Below are positions 15,863 through 20,809 of a stretch of DNA of 20,809 nucleotides, piece by piece. Each line of letters opens with the position of its first letter. Within the stretch, counting starts at the first letter, position 1. Origin of the DNA: a virus (lineage: Duplodnaviria > Heunggongvirae > Uroviricota > Caudoviricetes); the IMG/VR virus record IMGVR_UViG_3300043436_001089, one strand, 5' to 3'. The notes beneath the pieces were generated by a model, which saw nothing but the letters and a program-made list of their open reading frames with translations, searched no databases and was not told the origin of the DNA. The position numbers were made by a program, and so were the translations under genes.

Positions 15863-16362
15863 TAGAATGCCTGTGAATAATCTACAATTTCACAATTACG
15901 ACTAATTTCTTTTACAAAATAAACACATCTTGGTTTGGGGCCGTCATCAATTGGTACACATAAGAACTGACCATTTTTTAGTCTAGGGGCATACCAAGTA
16001 ACGTCATGATATATGTCTACTATCTCAATGGGCAAGAAGCTTGGGCTAAAACTTGTTAGTGGGTTGAATTCAAATGCATTAAAACCTCTGTCATTGATGC
16101 TAGTAAGAGGTAGTGTTTCTAAGTCACCGTGTTCTTTTTCACCAATCAATATTTGCCAGTCTACCGGCATCTTGATAGTTGCATCACCGATCTTTAATAC
16201 GAGCGCCGGAGCACTGAATGATTCTAAAAAGATAAGAGGGATATAATGATAGTCTACGTTTTGCGGGTTACTGTTATCTAGTATCGCAAAGCGCAAGTCA
16301 TCAATCTCTTCGGGTAGTGTTTCTAAGTTGTAAAATTCGTTGTCTAAGGTTAAAATTCGCAT
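15862..16362 (-). CDS. Conserved hypothetical protein, possible inactive Hint-like beta fold
   Basis: Beta-rich; motif order resembles Hint blocks without catalytic residues (see findings). Has its own promoter and a TAATG overlap downstream. Confidence 0.75.
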   Translation of the reverse strand: MRILTLDNEFYNLETLPEEIDDLRFAILDNSNPQNVDYHYIPLIFLESFSAPALVLKIGDATIKMPVDWQILIGEKEHGDLETLPLTSINDRGFNAFEFNPLTSFSPSFLPIEIVDIYHDVTWYAPRLKNGQFLCVPIDDGPKPRCVYFVKEISRNCEIVDYSQAF

Positions 16363-16368
16363 AGTATT

Positions 16369-16397
16369 ATTATATCACTTATAGTTTAGTTTTTCAA
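16369..16397 (-). promoter_or_regulatory. sigma70-type promoter overlapping the uvsW 3' end, leaderless
   Basis: TTGAAA (16397-16392), 17 nt, TGA-TATAAT (16374-16369), 6 nt, ATG 16362. The uvsW TGA stop supplies the extended -10 TG. Confidence 0.68.
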
Positions 16398-17862
16398 TAT
16401 CAAATGGATAATTAGCTTCTTTGTAGAATGCTTTCCTTTGAGTAAGGTGACGCTTGGCGAATTTACAATTACTAGTAATGTCCCAAATCTGCACAAAGTC
16501 CTTGTCTTCTGCTTTTCTTATACCCCGACCAATGCTCTGGATAACTCTAACAAACGACTTGCCAGGTTCCAACAGAACCAAGTTAAAAATGCGAGGAATA
16601 TTAATTCCAACAGCGGCAACGCCATAAGTAGCGATAAGAATTTTGTTAGTAGCTGTCGCAACATCGTCATATTGTTCCTTACGTTCTTTCATGTCTGTGC
16701 CACCTGATACGAATATAACATCGGGTGCATCTTTAAGTACACTGAATAGTGTGCTTAATCTATTCTGTAGCTCTTTACCGGCTGCAACTCTGTCAACTAG
16801 AATCAGTGTGTTACCTGACTCTTTAACGTTGTTGATTAGTTGTGCAATCTTGTCTAAACGTTTACCGTCTTCAAGTAAGTGCTTCAATTCACTTTGGTAG
16901 TTAGTGAACTCTACGTTATCCTGCAACTGCACGATGTTAACGTGACACTGTGACAGCACTCCCATTTCTTGCAATGTGCTAGCTGACAACTTGTTGATTA
17001 CGTTACCCAATGATACAATCAATGCTTTCTTTTCAAAATCAGCTTTTGGAATAGTACCAGTTAATCCCCAACGAATAGGAATATGTGACATAACACCAGT
17101 CAATAGTTCTTTCAATACATCAGCTTTAGCCATGTGTACTTCGTCAACCATTACACAGACTACACCTTCTAAGAACTCACCGATCGGCACTTCTGCTTCG
17201 TCAGATTTAGTTTTCTTCAACATGTTACCTAGACTCTGCCAAGTACAAATAGTGTGTGTCTTACCAAACTCTTTACGATCACCAAAGTATACACCAACGT
17301 CTAGACCCAAGTTAATGTAATCAGCTTCTGTCTGCACAACAAGACTCTTGTTAGGGACGATAACGATACTGCGACCATAGTCTTCGATTGATGCACTAAG
17401 TGCCGCAGTAATCAATGTCTTACCTGCACCCGTAGCAATCTCTTGTAGTGATTGCGGGTTCTGTAAGAACTCATTGATAATCTCAATTTGATAGTCACGT
17501 AGGACAACGGGCTTGCCCTCTTGTGGGTGCTTTGCAGGCCAGTTCTTATGCTTGAATGTTTCTTCTGTTACTTCTTTGAAATTGAATGTAGTCGAATACT
17601 CTCGCAAGTCTTCTAGTTCAATGTCATACCCTGCCCGATCTAGTACAGGAAGAATCTCTGGCAACAGGTTAACATACGAACTGCCACCTAAGCTAAAGTA
17701 GCTGACCTTGCCGTTCCAACGACCTAATCGGACACTTGGTAAATATCGTGCTCCTGGCTTTTCGTATTCAAATAGTTTCATCAGTGCTTTGCGCTCTGAT
17801 AATTCTAATCCTTCTATCTTGACGTTAACCTCGTCACGGATTATTAGTTTGCATTGTTTCAT
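16375..17862 (-). CDS. uvsW: UvsW-like SF2 DNA helicase
   Basis: LRDYQ, ATGAGKT, IVPNKSL, DEVH, LTGT, ATYGVAAVGINIP, QSIGRGIR. N-terminal GRWNGKVSYF is typical of UvsW. Confidence 0.93.
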   Translation of the reverse strand: MKQCKLIIRDEVNVKIEGLELSERKALMKLFEYEKPGARYLPSVRLGRWNGKVSYFSLGGSSYVNLLPEILPVLDRAGYDIELEDLREYSTTFNFKEVTEETFKHKNWPAKHPQEGKPVVLRDYQIEIINEFLQNPQSLQEIATGAGKTLITAALSASIEDYGRSIVIVPNKSLVVQTEADYINLGLDVGVYFGDRKEFGKTHTICTWQSLGNMLKKTKSDEAEVPIGEFLEGVVCVMVDEVHMAKADVLKELLTGVMSHIPIRWGLTGTIPKADFEKKALIVSLGNVINKLSASTLQEMGVLSQCHVNIVQLQDNVEFTNYQSELKHLLEDGKRLDKIAQLINNVKESGNTLILVDRVAAGKELQNRLSTLFSVLKDAPDVIFVSGGTDMKERKEQYDDVATATNKILIATYGVAAVGINIPRIFNLVLLEPGKSFVRVIQSIGRGIRKAEDKDFVQIWDITSNCKFAKRHLTQRKAFYKEANYPFDIEKLNYK

Positions 17863-18872
17863 TTTATATCTATCGGTTCTGAGTTTATCATAGTAATTAA
17901 TTTTGCGATTTTTCTTTGTTCAACATCAATACTTCCTGTACGTGTAAATCGTATGAGCACTGGAAATTTAAATTGATTAATGTCTATTGGCTTATCTCTA
18001 TACGTAACTATAGAGTGAGGTATGTTGTTTGTATTTAATTCATTAGCTAAGGTTTTTATTACCCTAGACAAACTGTTCCCACCGGATACATATACGTAAT
18101 CACATTCTAACTCTTTTAACCACCACACTAGTTCAGTGATGTTGGCTATCTCTACCATAGGAGCATAAGACGCCGCAAACAGTTCTACGTCTGTTTTTAG
18201 TAAAGAAGGGTGAATAGAAATTCCGTATCCGGCTAGTGTAGCAAGAGTCTTTTTGTCATTCGTTAGCTTGATATCATTGATAGCATCAGCTAAATGAGAA
18301 TTGATACCTGCAACCATTAAGTTACCGTTGACTGACATTAAAGTGGGGTTCCAACATGTAGTGTCAGTGTAACCTTCTAAGCTATTTAGTAATCTGATAG
18401 TCTCACTACAATGATTTACATTGTTAAAATGCTTGTAGGAAACATCTACTATCATCTTTAATGTAGTAGTACTGTATGTACCTTCATACCTTTTTAATAC
18501 AGTATTCCATGTAAGAAGATTGTTCTGTGTTCTTAAGTCATTTATAAATTGTTTATTGTAGGGTGACTTAAAATAAAGCATCCCTTCTTCAATTGAAATA
18601 AACGCATCAGTGTACTGGGGTGCGCTTGATAATACTTCTACTTTCCAAGGCAAAGCTACTAATTCTTGTACGTGCAAATCATGTTTTGCAATTTGACGTT
18701 CGTATTTGAATATAATCTTATCTAAGAGATTAACCTGATTACTAGTGACATACTTTTTATTATTAGCTATAGTGTGTAGATTTTCTATAAACTTAAGGTC
18801 GCTTCGGCTTACACGCAATACACCGCTCCGCATAAAATATAATATGTCTTCCTTTGTTCTTAGTTCTGCCAT
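17859..18872 (-). CDS. Hypothetical protein with a possible HARP-like domain, coupled to uvsW
   Basis: LYFKSPYNKQFINDLR...WNTVLKRY resembles the HARP pattern; ATGA overlap with uvsW. Confidence 0.7.
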   Translation of the reverse strand: MAELRTKEDILYFMRSGVLRVSRSDLKFIENLHTIANNKKYVTSNQVNLLDKIIFKYERQIAKHDLHVQELVALPWKVEVLSSAPQYTDAFISIEEGMLYFKSPYNKQFINDLRTQNNLLTWNTVLKRYEGTYSTTTLKMIVDVSYKHFNNVNHCSETIRLLNSLEGYTDTTCWNPTLMSVNGNLMVAGINSHLADAINDIKLTNDKKTLATLAGYGISIHPSLLKTDVELFAASYAPMVEIANITELVWWLKELECDYVYVSGGNSLSRVIKTLANELNTNNIPHSIVTYRDKPIDINQFKFPVLIRFTRTGSIDVEQRKIAKLITMINSEPIDIK

Positions 18873-18878
18873 CTTGTT

Positions 18879-18907
18879 AGTATAGCAAAACAGTATACAG
18901 AAAGCAA
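18879..18907 (-). promoter_or_regulatory. sigma70-type promoter, leaderless
   Basis: TTGCTT (18907-18902), 17 nt, TGC-TATACT (18884-18879), 6 nt, ATG 18872. Confidence 0.68.
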
Positions 18908-18917
18908 ATTAATAGGC

Positions 18918-18941
18918 AAAAAAAGGGGACCTGAGTCCCCT
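18918..18941 (-). terminator. Rho-independent terminator
   Basis: AGGGGAC-TCAG-GTCCCCT hairpin running into a T-tract on -, just after the stop at 18958. Confidence 0.88.
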
Positions 18942-18957
18942 AAAAATGCTTTACCAA

Positions 18958-19761
18958 TTAGTACTTGGTGCGACTGAAATCACCTTCAAGTGGGTCGCTC
19001 ATAGCAAAGTCACTTGGAATGTCTGCTTCGGTGACACTCTGAGTCAAACCCTTGCCTCCAAGTTGTCGCCAAACAAACATACGCTCTTGGTTCTCTTGTT
19101 GGATCCACTGATCCTTACGCAATTGTTCGTACATTGTAGGGAAGTCTGCGGCAAAGAGTTTCACATCATAGCTGTAACTAACATATTCGTTTTTGTGGTT
19201 GCCACCTCCACCACCAGATCCAGTGTTAATGATAGTGTCCTTAAAGTAACTACTGCCAAATCCATCATGCATGTATGGATCTTTCTTGTGCTTACTCATT
19301 GGTGGCTTGACTTTGATATTGATACGTGCTTGCCAGCCAGGATATCCAGTTGGCTTGCCCTTGTTGTAGTCGGCACGGGTATCAAAGTTTTGAACACCTT
19401 TACGAGGACCACTGTGACTGTTGCTTAGATTTTCTTTCCAGTAAACTTCAACAACAGACACATCAACATACTCATGGAAGGGAGCAGTTGCGCCTTTATT
19501 GCGACCCCAAAAATAGAAGTCATCTTTCGCACCGTTAGCCCAGAACCAATTCCAGTTGTCTTTAATAAACTGATTCAGTTCGGCAATACTCTTGACCTGT
19601 CCCATCTTAATGTGGAACTGTTCACGCTCGGCCTCCATCTTTTCAACCTTCTTTTCAGCACGACGGGCAGTTGCTAGTTTGCGCAGGTGAGTCTGGTACT
19701 TACCTTTGTCTTCAAAGATTTTACCGTCTGCGTCACTTTTGTATGCTTGAATAATACTCAT
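18958..19761 (-). CDS. Hypothetical phage protein
   Basis: 267-aa ORF with ATGA overlap upstream and a terminator downstream; NSHSGPRKG and GYPGW motifs and a Gly run. Confidence 0.8.
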   Translation of the reverse strand: MSIIQAYKSDADGKIFEDKGKYQTHLRKLATARRAEKKVEKMEAEREQFHIKMGQVKSIAELNQFIKDNWNWFWANGAKDDFYFWGRNKGATAPFHEYVDVSVVEVYWKENLSNSHSGPRKGVQNFDTRADYNKGKPTGYPGWQARINIKVKPPMSKHKKDPYMHDGFGSSYFKDTIINTGSGGGGGNHKNEYVSYSYDVKLFAADFPTMYEQLRKDQWIQQENQERMFVWRQLGGKGLTQSVTEADIPSDFAMSDPLEGDFSRTKY

Positions 19762-19985
19762 TCTTCAACTCCAAACATTTTACGCATGTCATGTGCATAG
19801 CCGCCCAACTCGGGCATAAGATAACTGTCTTCGTCAAGTAATTTTGCACATTCCCGAACAATCAACTCGGCGAACTTTCGTGCCTTGACAACACTTTCGT
19901 GATCGGGTGTTCTAGCACCTGAAGGAAGTGTGTCCCATTGAATAAGGTCAGCTTGTTTTGCAAGTTCAAAAATTCGTTCGTTCAT
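19758..19985 (-). CDS. Small early phage protein of the MNERI..LA.QA...KFAELIVRECA...FGVEE type
   Basis: Recognisable small phage-protein pattern; GGAG SD 7 nt upstream; consensus promoter. Confidence 0.82.
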   Translation of the reverse strand: MNERIFELAKQADLIQWDTLPSGARTPDHESVVKARKFAELIVRECAKLLDEDSYLMPELGGYAHDMRKMFGVEE

Positions 19986-20017
19986 TTGTCAACTCCGTTT
20001 TATCAATCTATACATGT

Positions 20018-20046
20018 ATTATATATCCAAAACGATTTATTGTCAA
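20018..20046 (-). promoter_or_regulatory. Perfect-consensus sigma70 (early) promoter
   Basis: TTGACA (20046-20041), 17 nt, TATAAT (20023-20018); T-tract upstream (UP-like). Confidence 0.88.
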
Positions 20047-20048
20047 CC

Positions 20049-20074
20049 AAAAAAAGTAGTACTAAAGTACTACT
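20049..20074 (-). terminator. Inverted repeat plus T-tract: terminator or operator just upstream of the early promoter
   Basis: AGTAGTACT-AA-AGTACTACT (20055-20074) followed on - by a T run. Confidence 0.5.
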
Positions 20075-20082
20075 AATTTTTG

Positions 20083-20433
20083 TTAGTCTTTTAACGTATG
20101 CCAAGTTGCCATTCGTTCATTCTCAAACTTTTCATACTGATCTAGGATCACGCACGTAATGAAATAGATTACTGCTACAATATACCCGATAACGTACACC
20201 GTTTTAAAATTGCTTATGCTCTCTGCATCAGTATCACCAACAACCAACCCAGTCACACCTGCAATAAAAATTCCGATAGATGATGTAATCAGCCAAGCGA
20301 AAAGTCCCATCCAACGATTATCTTGGTACGTCTCCATATATTTTCTATGTAGGCTCATTGGGAGACTGAATAGTGTTTTGAAAAAACGCTTCATTAGCCA
20401 ACCAATGAAATAGAAACCTGTTTTAACTTTCAT
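20083..20433 (-). CDS. Membrane protein (2 predicted TM helices)
   Basis: Hydrophobic segments WMGLFAWLITSSIGIFIAGVTGLVV and VYVIGYIVAVIYFITCVIL; start MKVKTG by ATGA overlap. Confidence 0.75.
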   Translation of the reverse strand: MKVKTGFYFIGWLMKRFFKTLFSLPMSLHRKYMETYQDNRWMGLFAWLITSSIGIFIAGVTGLVVGDTDAESISNFKTVYVIGYIVAVIYFITCVILDQYEKFENERMATWHTLKD

Positions 20434-20675
20434 TTGTAATCTTTCTTCAACATCCAAAACAACACTTCACCGTTGTCTAGTTTACACAAGTCACCGCTGT
20501 ATTTCATGACAGGGCGAGTTGTTGGACTAGGATTTACCAACATGATTTTTACAGTACCTTTACCGCTACTTGGATGCACTTTACCAAATGATTTAACTCG
20601 GTAGATGTTGTTGTGAAACACAACAAAGTCATCAATATTAAGTTCACGGTCAATCAAGTCTGTTGGGTTTGTCAT
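20430..20675 (-). CDS. Small hypothetical protein, SH3/KOW-like beta barrel
   Basis: DLIDRELNIDDFVVF...YRVKSFG; AAGGA SD upstream. Confidence 0.75.
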   Translation of the reverse strand: MTNPTDLIDRELNIDDFVVFHNNIYRVKSFGKVHPSSGKGTVKIMLVNPSPTTRPVMKYSGDLCKLDNGEVLFWMLKKDYK

Positions 20676-20729
20676 ATCTTCCTTATCGAAGAGGACTTAT
20701 TGACATTGCCTCTACGCACACTGCAGGGG

Positions 20730-20809
20730 TTAACCTTTCATGCAAGTTGCCTTAGCCAGTTCACGCCAGTTAGCGGAAATCTTAACCAAGTCTGCAATCT
20801 TGAGACACA
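20730..20809 (-). CDS. C-terminal end of a gene entering from outside the window (possibly an AAA-type ATPase lid)
   Basis: Manual translation ..(M)CLKIADLVKISANWRELAKATCMKG*. The ATPase call is only a resemblance. Confidence 0.55.
   Translation of the reverse strand, partial: CLKIADLVKISANWRELAKATCMKG

Noticed and set aside
178-17862. Inteins or introns in the helicases or primase
   Set aside because: Lengths and motif spacing are normal; no splice-junction motifs or homing endonuclease seen.
818-20413. Many + strand ORFs in the track (e.g. 818-1120, 5343-5858, 5913-6317, 16976-17320, 18946-19428) and nested - strand ORFs 4676-4876, 12228-12440, 19326-19538
   Set aside because: They lie within or opposite well-supported genes and lack motifs or initiation signals; shadow ORFs.
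5010-20457. Longest-ORF starts at 5024, 8594, 9466, 10161, 10681, 10941, 11750 and 20457
   Set aside because: Downstream ATGs fit better with stop/start overlaps, SD sequences or promoter positions; coordinates were adjusted accordingly.
1-20809. Stop-codon reassignment as the cause of the many small ORFs
   Set aside because: Long conserved genes are intact in code 11, and small ORFs end right after the shared motif with frame-changing stop/start overlaps.
1-20809. tRNA, rRNA or other known RNA genes
   Set aside because: Intergenic gaps are short and explained by promoters or terminators; no cloverleaf or T-loop pattern recognised.

Overview
A ~21 kb segment of a large, AT-rich, tailed dsDNA phage with T4-like replication logic. 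Almost all genes are on the - strand and tightly packed with ATGA/TGATG overlaps. A Bug/TctC gene hints weakly at a betaproteobacterial host. In window order it contains: (i) a DnaB/gp41-type helicase and DnaG/gp61-type primase; (ii) a putative virion protein and a divergent conserved hypothetical; (iii) an extremely reduced (203 aa) DnaE/Pol III alpha catalytic core translationally coupled to a DEDDh 3'-5' exonuclease; (iv) an accessory operon (P-loop sulfotransferase-like, PP-loop SGGxDS protein, Bug periplasmic receptor, cupin); (v) a ~4.9 kb overlapping run of 16 small ORFs, about 13 of which appear to be divergent paralogues sharing a W-x3-4-(F/Y)G-like helix and a C-terminal F-x3-D-A-x2-F-x-L-(R/K)-W motif, with near-identical short DNA repeats at the 3' ends of neighbouring genes; (vi) a twitch/SPASM radical SAM enzyme, Zn-finger protein, gp62-like protein, possible degenerate Hint-fold protein, UvsW helicase and several hypotheticals. 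Four sigma70-type promoters lie only 6-8 nt upstream of start codons (predicted leaderless mRNAs), and (C/A)TAAATA late-type boxes precede other genes. All calls come from reading motifs by eye; no database searches were run.
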